From Pseudomonadota bacterium (GTDB lineage Bacteria; Desulfobacterota; Desulfobacteria; Desulfobacterales; JBDRRP01): DNA of 64,000 bases. Each line of letters starts with the position of its first letter. The stretch's first letter is position 1. The stretch covers positions 1-64,000 of the forward strand of contig JBDRRP010000125.1 in NCBI GenBank assembly GCA_043825735.1, written 5' to 3'. A program made the translations under genes and the position numbers. Positions 10,462 through 21,359 of the stretch are shown here, piece by piece. A model generated the notes under the pieces. The model did not search any database. It was not told where the DNA came from and saw only the letters and a list, made by a program, of their open reading frames with translations.

Positions 10462-10661
10462 AAAGGGTTCGAGGGGTCAAGGGGTCCAGGGTTCAAGTGA
10501 CGGCAATGGGCGTCATGCAGGACTTTGGCGGTTGGCAGCCGATCCGCGCAGTCTGTTGGAGGCTCGGTTAAAACGCATACCCACTGAAGGGCGGCCCACA
10601 GGCCTGTTCCGTAGATGTATCTTGCCGTTTTTTCACTCGGACGCTCGAACCCTCAGCCCCT
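10462..10661. repeat. Family C inverted octamer-array element, copy 1
   Basis: Left arm AGGGTTCG-AGGGGTCA-AGGGGTCC-AGGGTTCA-AGTGA; degenerate right arm TCACTCGGACGCTCGAACCCTCAGCCCCT. Confidence 0.65.
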
Positions 10662-10728
10662 ATCCTTCGACCAACGCTTTAGGAAATGGCGCTTTTTTTT
10701 CTATCGGTCCGTTTTCGTTTTTGCATTC

Positions 10729-11679
10729 CTATTGGCCGCGCGGCCGGTCGGTCGCCGCCGTCGCGCTGATGGTGACGGTGAAAAAGTCGGGCGCGGCGCT
10801 GACTAGGGCCGTGTCCACCGGCAGTTGAATCGCTGCACGCAGCAGGTAGATGCCCGGTTTCAGGCTGCTGGTGTCGATGGCCACATTGCCGGTATCCGCC
10901 TTGCCGTCAGAAAAATTCAATTGGTCCAACGCGCGCACCGGACCCCGGATTTCCAGTGCGATGAGCGGCGGTGCGACATTGATGATATACGCAGATGGGG
11001 GCGTCGCGACACGAATGTCCGGCATTTTTCGCGTGTCGATCCTTTCGGCAATGCGGATGTCGAGCGTGGCGATTTTGGACGAAGTCCGCAGAACCATGGC
11101 CTCCGGGAGCACCAAGGCGATCTCTTTGCGAAACGATTCTGACAGCCCATCGATGTTTACAGGCTGGGTGATGAGGCGTTCCATGGGGGCAATCAGTGAC
11201 GTGGGACCGCTGACCGTGACCATTGCCGGCTGTACCAGTGTGTCCACCACTGTGAAACCGGGGGCTGGCTGGCCCATGAGATTGACCACTACCGGGACCT
11301 CTTTGTCGGTGGCGGTTTCAAGCGTGATCACGATTTCCGGAGGATGCATTTTCTCATTTATCAACTCCGGCGGCAGATTCAACAAATCCGCGCTGACAGC
11401 GATGGTATGGGTGCCGGTGGATGCTCCGGAAAGATCCAGGGGGTAAGGTGGCGGATGGTTTTCAAAACGATTGACAATGGCTGCCGGTCCGCGCAGTGTC
11501 ACCGTCACCCCCTTAAGGGGGGCGGTGGCGAAGGCCAATCCGATGGGCAGATTGAACACCTCGATGGGTAGAAACACATGCCGGGTTTCGGCAGACATGC
11601 GGATGCGAAAATATATGATCGTGCCGGTGAGAACCAGCAACAGGCATGCAATGGTTGACCACTTCAGCAGTCTTCTCAT
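10729..11679 (-). CDS. cdaR: CdaR/YbbR family protein
   Basis: N-terminal TM helix followed by three YbbR-like repeats (VTVTLRGP, VTVSGP, LEIRGP). Confidence 0.8.
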   Translation of the reverse strand: MRRLLKWSTIACLLLVLTGTIIYFRIRMSAETRHVFLPIEVFNLPIGLAFATAPLKGVTVTLRGPAAIVNRFENHPPPYPLDLSGASTGTHTIAVSADLLNLPPELINEKMHPPEIVITLETATDKEVPVVVNLMGQPAPGFTVVDTLVQPAMVTVSGPTSLIAPMERLITQPVNIDGLSESFRKEIALVLPEAMVLRTSSKIATLDIRIAERIDTRKMPDIRVATPPSAYIINVAPPLIALEIRGPVRALDQLNFSDGKADTGNVAIDTSSLKPGIYLLRAAIQLPVDTALVSAAPDFFTVTISATAATDRPRGQ

Positions 11680-11729
11680 GCGATGCGATTTCGCTTGCCG
11701 CCGGAATTCCCATCAACGGGTGTGACCAT

Positions 11730-12629
11730 TCAGGCCTCTGCCTGTCGCAGCGCGTCGATGATGGTCACCGTTTTCCGGGTGTTGGCAACATTGTGTACAC
11801 GTACGATATGGGCGCCGTTCATGACTGCTGCGGCAACGGCTGCCTGGGTTCCCATTTCCACACCGGCGCTGTCCGGCTGGATATCAGCCTCCGATGGCGT
11901 TTTCAATAATTGCCGGATGAAGGCCTTCCGGGATGGTCCGACGAGCACCGGCACGTCCAGATCGGAAAGATCGCTGAGGCGGCCAATCAACGAGAGATTG
12001 TGAGCCGTGGTTTTTCCGAAACCGATGCCGGGGTCTACCACCGTCAAACGGCGAGGGATCCCGCTGTCGACGGCACGGCGAATTGCCTCCGCAAGAAAGC
12101 TGCGGATGTCCGCCACGACATCGGTGTATGTCGGCTTTACCTGCATGGTGCGCGGGCTGCCCAGCATGTGCATCAGTATCACGGGGACGCCGAATTTTGC
12201 GGCAACGGGTGCCATTTCTTCGTCCATGCGCAGCGCAGAGACATCGTTGATGATGCTTGCACCGGCTTCCAGTGCTTGCCTGGCAACGGCCGCTTTGGTG
12301 GTATCGATGGAAATGGGGACGCTGACCTGAGCTGCCAGCGCCTTGATGACGGGGACGACACGGGCGATCTCTTCGGCCGTGTCCACGGATTCGGCAAACG
12401 GGCGCGTCGATTCACCACCGATGTCAAGAATGTCGGCGCCGGCATTAACCAAAGCCAGTGCGTGATCGATGGCCGTCGTGGTATCGAAGAAACGGCCGCC
12501 GTCTGAAAAGGAATCCGGCGTTACGTTGACGATGCCCATGACGCAGGTCCGCGCCCCCAGCTCCAGCCGGTACTTGCCCCAGGCCATCGTGTAGGCACGC
12601 CGCAGGGGCGCTGTCTGACGGTGCGTCAT
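11730..12629 (-). CDS. folP: Dihydropteroate synthase
   Basis: MGIVNVTPDSFSDGG, GGESTRP, DPGIGFGK, SRK, RVHNV. Confidence 0.96.
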   Translation of the reverse strand: MTHRQTAPLRRAYTMAWGKYRLELGARTCVMGIVNVTPDSFSDGGRFFDTTTAIDHALALVNAGADILDIGGESTRPFAESVDTAEEIARVVPVIKALAAQVSVPISIDTTKAAVARQALEAGASIINDVSALRMDEEMAPVAAKFGVPVILMHMLGSPRTMQVKPTYTDVVADIRSFLAEAIRRAVDSGIPRRLTVVDPGIGFGKTTAHNLSLIGRLSDLSDLDVPVLVGPSRKAFIRQLLKTPSEADIQPDSAGVEMGTQAAVAAAVMNGAHIVRVHNVANTRKTVTIIDALRQAEA

Positions 12630-14560
12630 TCGCGGTCCGTGTCCGGGTCGTCGGTTGAATCCCCTGCAGCCGCCGGTGCTTCCGGTGACGGTACCTCCTT
12701 GGTCTCTTCACGCGCGGGCTCGGCCGCGGCCTTCGGCTCAATAATCTCCACCGGCCGCGCGGGGAATTCAAAGTCGGGCCGCAGAGACAAAATCAGCTCG
12801 TCGAGTTCTTTTCCCTGCACGGTTTCCTTGTCCAGCAGCAGATCGGCCAGCTGGTGGAGGATGTCGATGTTTTCTTTGAGTACTTTCACGGCTCGGTCAT
12901 AGGCGCTGGCAATCAACTGGTGGATTTCGGCGTCGATGCGCTGCGCGGTCTGATCGGAGTAATCACGATGCTGGGCGATTTCCCTGCCCAGAAAAACCTG
13001 CTCTTCTCCCTGGGCGTAGCTGAGCGGTCCCAGATCGCTCATGCCCCAGGCCCGGACCATCTGCTGGGCCAACTCGGTGGCCTGCTTGATGTCGTTGGAG
13101 GCGCCGGTGCTGATCCGGTTGAAAACGATCTCTTCGGCCGCTCGGCCGCCGAAGGCCACGGAAAGCTCGCTCTCGAGCTGGTCCTTGTACTTGAAATCGC
13201 GTTCTTCCGGCAGAAACCAGGTGATGCCGGCCGCCCGCCCTCTGGGGATGATGGTGATTTTGTTGACCACATCGGTGTGCGGCATGCACCGGGCCACCAG
13301 GGCGTGGCCGGCCTCGTGATAGGCGGTGGTTTTTCGGTCTTCTTCGCGTCTGACCTTGGACTTGCGCTCGAGGCCCATGTAGACCTTGTCTTTGGCATCC
13401 TCAAGATCGACCATTTCGACCTTTTCTTTGCCGCGTTTTGCAGCCAGCAGGGCGGCTTCATTGACGAGGTTTTCCAGGTCGGCGCCCGAGAATCCAGGAG
13501 TGCCCTTGGCCAGCACCAACGGGTCGACGGTGACATCGACCGGGCTTTTTTTCAAGTGCACCTGAAGAATTTTTTGCCGCCCCTTGATGTCGGGCAGTGG
13601 TACGACCACCTGCCGGTCAAAGCGCCCGGGCCGCAGCAGCGCCGGATCGAGCACATCGGGTCGGTTGGTGGCAGAGATCAGAATGACCCCTTCGTTGGAC
13701 TCGAAGCCGTCCATTTCAACCAGCAACTGGTTCAGGGTCTGTTCCCGCTCATCGTGTCCGCCCCCCAGACCGGCCCCGCGGTGCCGGCCCACGGCGTCGA
13801 TTTCGTCGATAAAGATGATGCACGGCGCGTTCTTTTTGCCTTGAACGAAAAGATCGCGCACTCGGGAAGCCCCGACACCGACGAACATTTCCACAAAATC
13901 TGAACCGCTGATGCTGAAGAACGGCACTCCGGCTTCGCCGGCGATGGCGCGCGCCAGCAGCGTTTTCCCGGTACCCGGAGAGCCCATGAGAAGCACCCCT
14001 TTTGGAATACGGCCCCCTAATCGGGTGTACTTTTTGGGGTCCTTCAGGAAATCGACAATCTCATTGAGTTCTTCCTTGGCTTCGTCGATGCCTGCCACGT
14101 CCGCGAAGGTTACCTTTTTATGGCCTTCTGTGAGCAACCGCGCCCGGCTCTTGCCGAACGACATTGCCTTGCCGCCCCCGGACTGCATCTGACGCATGAA
14201 AAATACCCAGACCCCGATCAGCACGATCATGGGAAACCAGGAAACCAGCACGGACATGTACCACGGTGACTCCGAAGGGGGTTTGGCGTTGATGACCACT
14301 CCCTTCTGGCGCAGATTGGTGATGAGATCCTTGTCGCCGGGAGAAAAGACCTTGAACCGATTCCGGTTGATATCGGAGACGTATATCTCTTGTCCCTGGA
14401 TGGTCACTTCCTGGACACGCTCTTCGCTCACCATGTTCAAAAACTCGGTGTAGCTGATGGTTGCTTCATTGAGATGGGGTTGATTGAAGAGATTGTAGAG
14501 CATGATCATCATCAGCGTGATGACCAGCCACAGGGCCAGGTTCTTGTAAAATGGATTCAA
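12626..14560 (-). CDS. ftsH: ATP-dependent zinc metalloprotease FtsH
   Basis: Two TM helices, AAA Walker [14 protein letters not shown] zinc motif; TTG start after GGGAGG RBS. Confidence 0.96.
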   Translation of the reverse strand: MNPFYKNLALWLVITLMMIMLYNLFNQPHLNEATISYTEFLNMVSEERVQEVTIQGQEIYVSDINRNRFKVFSPGDKDLITNLRQKGVVINAKPPSESPWYMSVLVSWFPMIVLIGVWVFFMRQMQSGGGKAMSFGKSRARLLTEGHKKVTFADVAGIDEAKEELNEIVDFLKDPKKYTRLGGRIPKGVLLMGSPGTGKTLLARAIAGEAGVPFFSISGSDFVEMFVGVGASRVRDLFVQGKKNAPCIIFIDEIDAVGRHRGAGLGGGHDEREQTLNQLLVEMDGFESNEGVILISATNRPDVLDPALLRPGRFDRQVVVPLPDIKGRQKILQVHLKKSPVDVTVDPLVLAKGTPGFSGADLENLVNEAALLAAKRGKEKVEMVDLEDAKDKVYMGLERKSKVRREEDRKTTAYHEAGHALVARCMPHTDVVNKITIIPRGRAAGITWFLPEERDFKYKDQLESELSVAFGGRAAEEIVFNRISTGASNDIKQATELAQQMVRAWGMSDLGPLSYAQGEEQVFLGREIAQHRDYSDQTAQRIDAEIHQLIASAYDRAVKVLKENIDILHQLADLLLDKETVQGKELDELILSLRPDFEFPARPVEIIEPKAAAEPAREETKEVPSPEAPAAAGDSTDDPDTDRE

Positions 14561-14627
14561 AAGCGTGTTCCTCCCGACTACCGGTTGGTGGCGCTGCCAG
14601 AGTGGCAGACCGCATTGCACTTAAGTA

Positions 14628-16133
14628 TTAATCATTTTTTTGACGGGGGCAAAAAAAATCTGCTCGGATGACGCTTCGCGTATCGGCCAAGACCGCGGCG
14701 TGCTGTCCCATTTTTACGCCCGGCACCCAAATAATGATGTCGCCGCTGACCAGCACCGGGGTCAGTGGACGGCGTTCAGGTGCGATTTTCAAGTCTTTCA
14801 ACAGCTTGTAAACCTTTTGGGTGCCGCAGACGCCCAGCGGTTGAAACCGGTCTCCGTGGGTTGCGCTGCGCAGTATCAGCGGAAATTCGAGCTTTTCCAT
14901 ATCAAAGAAAGCAACACAGTGTCCAGCGCTATGCCGTTGGCCGGCGTCATTGGGTCCACTCTCACGCAGCGCGATGACCGCCCCGATGGCCTCGACGGGA
15001 AATCTCCGGGGGCTCGAACCATCGAACCGGGGGGCATCGACGCGAATGCTGTAAGCTGCAGCGCCGTTTTCGGCCACGGCTGACGGCCGCTGTCTGAGCG
15101 GTGTGCGGCAGCGTCGAAGGATCAGTCGATCGTACTGGCGCGTCACCAGGATGCGCTGGGGCAGGTGCAGGGTGCCGCTGCCGCCGGCGCGGTGAATCAG
15201 CGCTAAAATGGCGTCGATATGGCTGTGGGCGATGCGCTGCAGGTCTCCTTTTATCCGGCCGATGGTCAGCCTGAGCATGCGGCGCTGAAGTGGCAGCGGG
15301 TAGGTGGACACCGCCGCCGCCGACAGCGTGCAGGACTCGCCGTCTTGGGCCCGCGTGGCAGTGATCAACTGGTCCGCTGCCATTTTGTCCATCCACGTGT
15401 TCTCGGCGGCGATGATGTCGGCCGTGCGCGCCAGCGCCGCGACAATGTGAGGGTTGATGGCGCTGGCCATGACCGGCAGGATGTCGTGGCGGATCCGGTT
15501 GCGGGTCATGCGGCGGTCCTGGTTGGTCGGGTCTTGGGTGTAATCGTGCCCTGCCATCGACAGGTAGCCCAGGATATCGGTGCGGGAAAAGTCGATCAGG
15601 GGACGAATCACCCACTCGTCGCGCACCGGAGCGATGCCGGCCAGGCCCGTGGGGCCGGCGCCTCTGGCCAGGTTCATCAGGATTTGTTCGGCGCAATCGT
15701 CACGGTGGTGTCCCACGGCGACCCGCCGGTAGCCGTAGCGGATGCACAGGTCGGAAAAAAAAGCATAGCGCACCGCGCGGCCGGCGGTTTCGATCGACAT
15801 GCCGCGCTGACGGCCGACCGCGGCCACGTCGCGTGCCATGTGGTGATACGGCAGACCGAGACGCCCGGCCAGCCCGGCGACGAAACGGGCCGTTTCGGCG
15901 GCATCCTGCCTGAGTCCGTGGTCGACATGGGCAATGGATAAGGAAAGCTGCCAGCGGGGGGCGATCCGATGCAGGAGGTAAATCAGGGCCACCGAATCGG
16001 GGCCGCCGGAGACAGCCACCAGTAGGCTGTCTCCCGGAGAAACCATGCGGTGGCGTTTCAGGGTGTCGGTGAGGCGTGAAACGGCATCGCGGTCACTTCC
16101 AGGTTCAGGGCAATCGCTTGGCAATGGTGGCAT
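14628..16133 (-). CDS. tilS: tRNA(Ile)-lysidine synthetase
   Basis: SGGPDS PP-loop, HVDHGLR, GHHRDD, IRPL, RNRIR and C-terminal domain; start uncertain. Confidence 0.93.
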   Translation of the reverse strand: MPPLPSDCPEPGSDRDAVSRLTDTLKRHRMVSPGDSLLVAVSGGPDSVALIYLLHRIAPRWQLSLSIAHVDHGLRQDAAETARFVAGLAGRLGLPYHHMARDVAAVGRQRGMSIETAGRAVRYAFFSDLCIRYGYRRVAVGHHRDDCAEQILMNLARGAGPTGLAGIAPVRDEWVIRPLIDFSRTDILGYLSMAGHDYTQDPTNQDRRMTRNRIRHDILPVMASAINPHIVAALARTADIIAAENTWMDKMAADQLITATRAQDGESCTLSAAAVSTYPLPLQRRMLRLTIGRIKGDLQRIAHSHIDAILALIHRAGGSGTLHLPQRILVTRQYDRLILRRCRTPLRQRPSAVAENGAAAYSIRVDAPRFDGSSPRRFPVEAIGAVIALRESGPNDAGQRHSAGHCVAFFDMEKLEFPLILRSATHGDRFQPLGVCGTQKVYKLLKDLKIAPERRPLTPVLVSGDIIIWVPGVKMGQHAAVLADTRSVIRADFFCPRQKND

Positions 16134-16497
16134 GGATCAGCTCTGAGCCCGATTTATCCCAGTAGCCGACAAGGCCTGAGCGGACGCCGATTTCGGTGAT
16201 TTTGGGCTCGATCATCTTGATGGTAATGGTGACCGATGTTTCGTCCGTGCGCATGCCCGACAGGGTGGTTGTCATCCCGGTGGACTGACGGTCTGTAACC
16301 GGGATTTTCAGCGCTTCCAGGGACGCTTCGGCGGCCTGGTTCGCCGCGGCAAAATCCACTGGATAGGTTCGCTTGAGTTCACCGGAAACATAACTGTACA
16401 CACCGGCGCCCGCACCGGCGCCGGCGATGACGGCGGCGCAACCGGCCATTGTCAGAAGCATCAGGCTCAGAAGAATTGTCATTGTGTTACGGTTCAA
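16105..16497 (-). CDS. DUF3568-like lipoprotein
   Basis: Lipobox MAGC, GAGAGAG..Y.YVSGEL, TEIGVRSG..GYWD; TTG start after AGGAG. Confidence 0.75.
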   Translation of the reverse strand: MNRNTMTILLSLMLLTMAGCAAVIAGAGAGAGVYSYVSGELKRTYPVDFAAANQAAEASLEALKIPVTDRQSTGMTTTLSGMRTDETSVTITIKMIEPKITEIGVRSGLVGYWDKSGSELIHATIAKRLP

Positions 16498-16627
16498 GTG
16501 CGCTCCTGTCTGAAAAGGTTCACGGGGGGGCCTTTTCCCCGTGTACCGGGAATACGGCATGTGCCGGTGTTAGTCAATAATTAGTGTCCATCCTTTCAGA
16601 GGCGTTCCGGCGGGAACCAAATAGGTC

Positions 16628-16656
16628 TTGTAAAAACCGGGGACTGCAGGTATGAG
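16628..16656 (+). promoter_or_regulatory. Putative sigma70 promoter for the SRP RNA transcript
   Basis: TTGTAA-17 bp-TATGAG. Confidence 0.45.
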
Positions 16657-16756
16657 GCAGTCATATCCGAACGGGGATATGTGGCTTTCCGGAGCCGATG
16701 GCGGGCCTTCATGAGGCCTTAGCCGCCGGCACCCGATCCCGGAGGTCCGATCTTAT

Positions 16757-16853
16757 GGACCGGTCGCCACGCAACAAACGGTTACGAACCTCGTCAGATC
16801 CGGAAGGAAGCAGCGATAAGTAATGCGGTTTGTGTCGTGGTTAGATCCGGTCC
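16757..16853 (+). ncRNA. ffs: Signal recognition particle RNA (4.5S-type core)
   Basis: Helix-8 signature GTCAGATCCGGAAGGAAGCAGC within a long hairpin closed by GGACCGG/CCGGTCC. Confidence 0.92.
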
Positions 16854-17078
16854 ACCCCGTCGGGCTCTCAGTGTCCACACCGGCGAGGCTTTCCTGAGCT
16901 GAAGCGCGTTTTGCGGTGCCTTCCAGTAATCCCATTTATACCTATATCAGTTTATATTACAGTGGGTTAAGCATTTGCCTCCGTATGCTTTGAGTCGTCT
17001 TGACAACCGGGTATCCCGTCTTATGTTTTGTCCACAATTTTCAATCCCACATTAAAATTTTGGAGAAAAATCGATAGG

Positions 17079-17699
17079 ATGGATGACAACATGACGAGCT
17101 CCGCCGACGCTGAGAACGAAGAATACGATGAAAAACAGGCCTCACCGGAAATTTCCCCAGAATACGATCAGCAAGCTGAGCTGAGTTCCCCCGCGGAAGG
17201 AGAAGATCCTATTTCTGTTCTCACGGAAAAGGTCGCGATCGCCGAGCAGACGGCCCAGGAGAATTACGACCGGTTTTTAAGGGTTTCTGCTGAATTTGAA
17301 AATTATAAAAAGCGGTCCGCCAAGGAGATGAGCGATTTCAGAAAATACGCCAATGAGTCGATTCTGAAAGACTTGCTTCACGTGGTCGACAACCTGGAGC
17401 GGGCACTTGAAACAGGCGCTACCAGCCAGAGCACCGCCGCCATATGCGAAGGGGTGGCACTGACGCTCAAGGACCTCTTAAGGTTATTTGACGGCCTTTC
17501 CGTTGAAGCGGTCGAGGCGATGGGCAAGCCTTTCGATCCGGTGGTTCACCAGGCCGTCATGCAGGAGCCTTCCGCAACACAGCCGGAAAACACCGTGATT
17601 CGTGAACTGCAAAAGGGATACACGCTTCATGGCCGATTGCTCAGACCTGCCATGGTGGTTGTCGCCACGGCAATCTCAGATCAGCCCGCAGACCAGTGA
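17079..17699 (+). CDS. grpE: Nucleotide exchange factor GrpE
   Basis: AEFENYKKR, DNLERAL, FDP..HQA, QKGY..RLLRPAMVVV; start uncertain (17079 or 17091). Confidence 0.95.
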   Translation: MDDNMTSSADAENEEYDEKQASPEISPEYDQQAELSSPAEGEDPISVLTEKVAIAEQTAQENYDRFLRVSAEFENYKKRSAKEMSDFRKYANESILKDLLHVVDNLERALETGATSQSTAAICEGVALTLKDLLRLFDGLSVEAVEAMGKPFDPVVHQAVMQEPSATQPENTVIRELQKGYTLHGRLLRPAMVVVATAISDQPADQ

Positions 17700-17759
17700 A
17701 ATGATTTATTCGTTTACCATATTGTATCGGCCGTAGAGAGTGACAAGGAGGAGAATAAC

Positions 17760-19676
17760 ATGGGTAAGATTATCGGAATCGATCTCGGAACGACCAACTC
17801 GTGCGTTGCCATCATGGACGCCGGAGACGTCAAGGTGATAACCAATGCCGAAGGGGGCAGAACGACCCCGTCCGTCGTGGCAATCTCCGAGAGCGGCGAG
17901 CGTTTGGTTGGGCAGATCGCCAAACGGCAGTCCATCACCAACCCCGAAAACACTGTTTTTGGGGTCAAACGGCTGATCGGGCGCAAATTTACTTCCAATG
18001 AAGTCCAAAATGACAAGAAGATCCTGCCGTACAAAATCGAGGAGGCCGGAAACGGCGATGTGCGTATCAGTCTGAAAGGGAAACAGTACAGTCCCGCCGA
18101 GATATCCTCCTTCATTCTGGCCAACATCAAAAAGACCGCAGAAGATTACCTGGGCGAGCCGATCACTGACGCCGTCATTACCGTCCCGGCCTATTTCAAC
18201 GACAGCCAGCGCCAGGCGACCAAAGATGCCGGCCGGATCGCCGGGCTCAATGTTCTGCGCATTATTAACGAACCCACGGCGGCCTCCCTGGCTTACGGGC
18301 TGGATAAGAAAACTGAAGAAAAAATCGCGGTGTTCGACCTGGGCGGCGGCACTTTCGACATTTCGATTCTCGAAATCGGAGAAGGGGTTTTTGAAGTCAA
18401 GGCCACCAACGGCGATACCCATCTGGGCGGCGAGGATTTCGACCTGCGCCTCATAGACTACCTGGCAAACGAATTCCGAAAGGACCAGGGAATTGATCTG
18501 CGCAGCGACAAGATGGCTCTGCAGCGCCTCAAGGAAGCGGCGGAAAAGGCCAAGATGGAGCTGTCTTCTTCCATGGAGACCGATATCAACCTGCCGTTTA
18601 TCACCGCAGACGCCAGCGGTCCGAAACATCTGAATCTGCGTCTTTCCCGTGCCAAGCTCGAAGGGCTTGTCGCTGACCTTCTTGACAAACTGGAGGCCCC
18701 CTGCCGGATGGCCATGAAGGATGCCGGTCTGAGTGCGGAGGCCATCGATGAAGTGATTCTCGTGGGCGGCATGACCCGAATGCCCGCCGTTCAGGAACGG
18801 GTGAAAAAACTGTTCGGAAAGGAACCCAACCGCAGCGTGAACCCCGACGAAGTGGTCGCCCTCGGCGCAGCGATCCAGGGCGGCGTACTCGGCGGCGACG
18901 TCAAGGACGTCCTGCTGCTGGACGTCACCCCGCTCTCGCTGGGTATTGAAACTCTGGGTGGCGTGATGACACGGCTGATCGAGAAGAACACCACCATCCC
19001 GACGCGCAAAAGTCAGGTTTTTTCAACGGCGGCAGACAGCCAGCCGGCGGTGTCCATCCACGTGCTCCAAGGCGAACGGGAAATGGCCGCCAGCAACAAA
19101 ACCCTGGGACGGTTCGAACTGGTGGGGCTCCCGCCGGCCCCCCGCGGCGTTCCGCAGATCGAGGTCACCTTCGATATCGATGCCAACGGCATCGTGAAAG
19201 TGTCAGCCAAGGACAAAGCCACCTCAAAGGAGCAGTCGATTCAGATTACGGCCTCCTCCGGATTGTCCAAGGACGAGATCGACCGTTTGGTGAGAGAGGC
19301 AGAGGCCCACGCTGACGAAGATAAGAAGAAACGTGCCCTGGTCGAGGCCCGTAATTCCGCGGACGCCCTGATCTATTCCACGGAAAAATCGATGAAGGAA
19401 CTGGGTGATAAGGTGGATGCGGAAACCCGCAGCAAGGTGGAAGCCGCAATCATTCCGCTCAAGAAAGCCATGGACGGCGAAGACGCCGATGAAATCCAGC
19501 GGCTCAGCGAGGAACTCACCCAGGCCGCTCATAAACTGGCCGAAGCCATGTACAAGCAGGCGAACCAGGCCAGCGACCAGGCCGCTGGTGGTGGTGCGCA
19601 GCCCGGCGGCACCGGACCGGCTGACGACGACGTCGTCGACGCCGATTTCGAGGAAGTCAAAGACGATAAGAAATAG
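17760..19676 (+). CDS. dnaK: Molecular chaperone DnaK
   Basis: [26 protein letters not shown] and VVDADFEEV. Confidence 0.98.
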   Translation: MGKIIGIDLGTTNSCVAIMDAGDVKVITNAEGGRTTPSVVAISESGERLVGQIAKRQSITNPENTVFGVKRLIGRKFTSNEVQNDKKILPYKIEEAGNGDVRISLKGKQYSPAEISSFILANIKKTAEDYLGEPITDAVITVPAYFNDSQRQATKDAGRIAGLNVLRIINEPTAASLAYGLDKKTEEKIAVFDLGGGTFDISILEIGEGVFEVKATNGDTHLGGEDFDLRLIDYLANEFRKDQGIDLRSDKMALQRLKEAAEKAKMELSSSMETDINLPFITADASGPKHLNLRLSRAKLEGLVADLLDKLEAPCRMAMKDAGLSAEAIDEVILVGGMTRMPAVQERVKKLFGKEPNRSVNPDEVVALGAAIQGGVLGGDVKDVLLLDVTPLSLGIETLGGVMTRLIEKNTTIPTRKSQVFSTAADSQPAVSIHVLQGEREMAASNKTLGRFELVGLPPAPRGVPQIEVTFDIDANGIVKVSAKDKATSKEQSIQITASSGLSKDEIDRLVREAEAHADEDKKKRALVEARNSADALIYSTEKSMKELGDKVDAETRSKVEAAIIPLKKAMDGEDADEIQRLSEELTQAAHKLAEAMYKQANQASDQAAGGGAQPGGTGPADDDVVDADFEEVKDDKK

Positions 19677-19703
19677 ATATCTGCTTCGCAGATATCTATC
19701 TGG

Positions 19704-19744
19704 AAAAAGTCCGCGGCGCGTGTGCCGCGGACTTTTTGTTTTTT
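19704..19744. terminator. Intrinsic (probably bidirectional) terminator after dnaK
   Basis: AAAAAGTCCGCGGC-loop-GCCGCGGACTTTTT between convergent genes. Confidence 0.85.
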
Positions 19745-19797
19745 ATCAAGGTTGATCGTCTCAATCAGGAGTCGATTTTGCCGGTCGGATTGCGCGG

Positions 19798-20397
19798 TTA
19801 TGGCCGCCGCGAAGGGGTAGCAGCGGTCACAAGATCGCGGCCTGCCAGGTAAGCTGCCGAGAGGTGTTCGGGGTGCTTGAAGATGTCGCCGTGGTGGTCC
19901 ACACCGCGCACTAGAAGGGCCTTCCACAACCGGGCGTCCAAGACATCCAGAAAATATCGTATCGTCAGCAGGGCGCCGTCAAAGAGTTTCTTTCCCTTGG
20001 TGGCCCCCGCGCTGATGAACAACGCATTTTTGGGCGGGGGCGCCGGAGGCGCGGTATCCGCGGCTCCCCAGTATTTTTTCACCCACAGCGACTGGCAGCG
20101 GTCCATGAGCGTTTTTGTGTGGGCGCTGACCGAATAAAAGAAGATCGGCGAGGCGATCATGATGGCATCGGCGCGCAGCAGGGAATCGCGTACTTTCGGA
20201 AAATCATCGTTGATGGCGCAGTTGCCGCCTTTTTTACAGGCGTAAATCTCCATGCAGGGCGAGATGCGTTGATCGCGCAACACGATTTCTTCAACGACGG
20301 CGCCGGCGGACTCGGCGCCGACCACGGCGTGTTTGAGCAATGTGGCCGTATTGCCGCTGCGGCGGGGACTCCCATAAATGGCGGTGATAGCGGGCAT
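19798..20397 (-). CDS. Flavodoxin-like / iron-sulfur flavoprotein family protein
   Basis: GSPRRSGNT, CMEIYAC..C Cys cluster, ASPIFF..KTLMDR. Confidence 0.85.
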   Translation of the reverse strand: MPAITAIYGSPRRSGNTATLLKHAVVGAESAGAVVEEIVLRDQRISPCMEIYACKKGGNCAINDDFPKVRDSLLRADAIMIASPIFFYSVSAHTKTLMDRCQSLWVKKYWGAADTAPPAPPPKNALFISAGATKGKKLFDGALLTIRYFLDVLDARLWKALLVRGVDHHGDIFKHPEHLSAAYLAGRDLVTAATPSRRP

Positions 20398-20656
20398 GAG
20401 GGTTTTCTCCGCAAATACAGAGCGATGCAAAAAGTGCCGGTAGCATTTTCACAAATGCCGGATGATGTCAAACTGCCGGCAGCGCGCTGCGTCGCAGGCC
20501 ACCCGTTAATTAGTGTCCGTTCATGTGAGGCTTCTTTCGCGCTCTCCCTTGATGGGAGGGGTATTTATGGGCGGACACTATTTAGGATTGCAGTTTGCTG
20601 GTCTTTTAACTATGGTGCCGTTTTTCTGACATCCTTCACCATCTGGAGACGCCCAA

Positions 20657-21349
20657 GTGCAGGGAACCATCGTCAATACTGTGGCCATCATCATCGGCAG
20701 CCTGATCGGCCTGATCTTTCGTCGGGGCATTCCGGATGCTTATAAAAAAACCGTCATTCAGGCCATCGGATTGGCGGTGCTGCTGGTAGGCCTGCGCGGT
20801 GCCCTGCGCTCAGACGCTCTGCTGGTGGTCATCATCAGCATGGCTGTTGGTGCGGTCATTGGCGAATGCTTGCGGATCGAAGACCGGCTGGACGCTCTCG
20901 GCCGGTGGTTTCAAAGCCGCCTTTCCGGTGGAGGCGAAGATGTCGCCAAAGGGTTTGTGACCGCCAGCCTGGTGTTCTGCGTAGGGTCCATGGCCATTGT
21001 GGGGTCCCTGGAGAGCGGGCTTTCCGGGCATCATCAGACACTGTACGCCAAATCGGTTCTCGATGGCATCACGGCCATCATTTTTACCGCCACCTTCGGT
21101 GCGGGGGTCATTCTGTCGGCGGGTGCTGTTTTCTGTTACCAGGGGGGCATCACATTGGCCGCGGCCTTTGTTAAGCCCTATCTGACGCCTGTCGTGGTGG
21201 ATCAGATGACGGCCGTGGGGGGGTTGCTCATCATGGGCATCGGCATCAATCTGTTGGAGATCCAAAAGGTGCGTGTCGCCAACATCCTGCCGGCCATTTT
21301 TTTGCCGCTGGTGTATTACCTGCTGCAGCTTGCTGTGAGCGGAGGATAA
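20657..21349 (+). CDS. DUF554 family membrane protein
   Basis: GTIVNTVAI, FCVGSMAIVG, KSVLDG motifs; multi-TM. Confidence 0.88.
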   Translation: MQGTIVNTVAIIIGSLIGLIFRRGIPDAYKKTVIQAIGLAVLLVGLRGALRSDALLVVIISMAVGAVIGECLRIEDRLDALGRWFQSRLSGGGEDVAKGFVTASLVFCVGSMAIVGSLESGLSGHHQTLYAKSVLDGITAIIFTATFGAGVILSAGAVFCYQGGITLAAAFVKPYLTPVVVDQMTAVGGLLIMGIGINLLEIQKVRVANILPAIFLPLVYYLLQLAVSGG

Positions 21350-21359
21350 CCCGGTTTTT

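Noticed and set aside
16981..17030. CIRCE or HAIR heat-shock operator before grpE-dnaK
   Set aside because: No CIRCE; only a partial TTTGAGT half-site. Lack of adjacent hrcA/dnaJ is not remarkable by itself.
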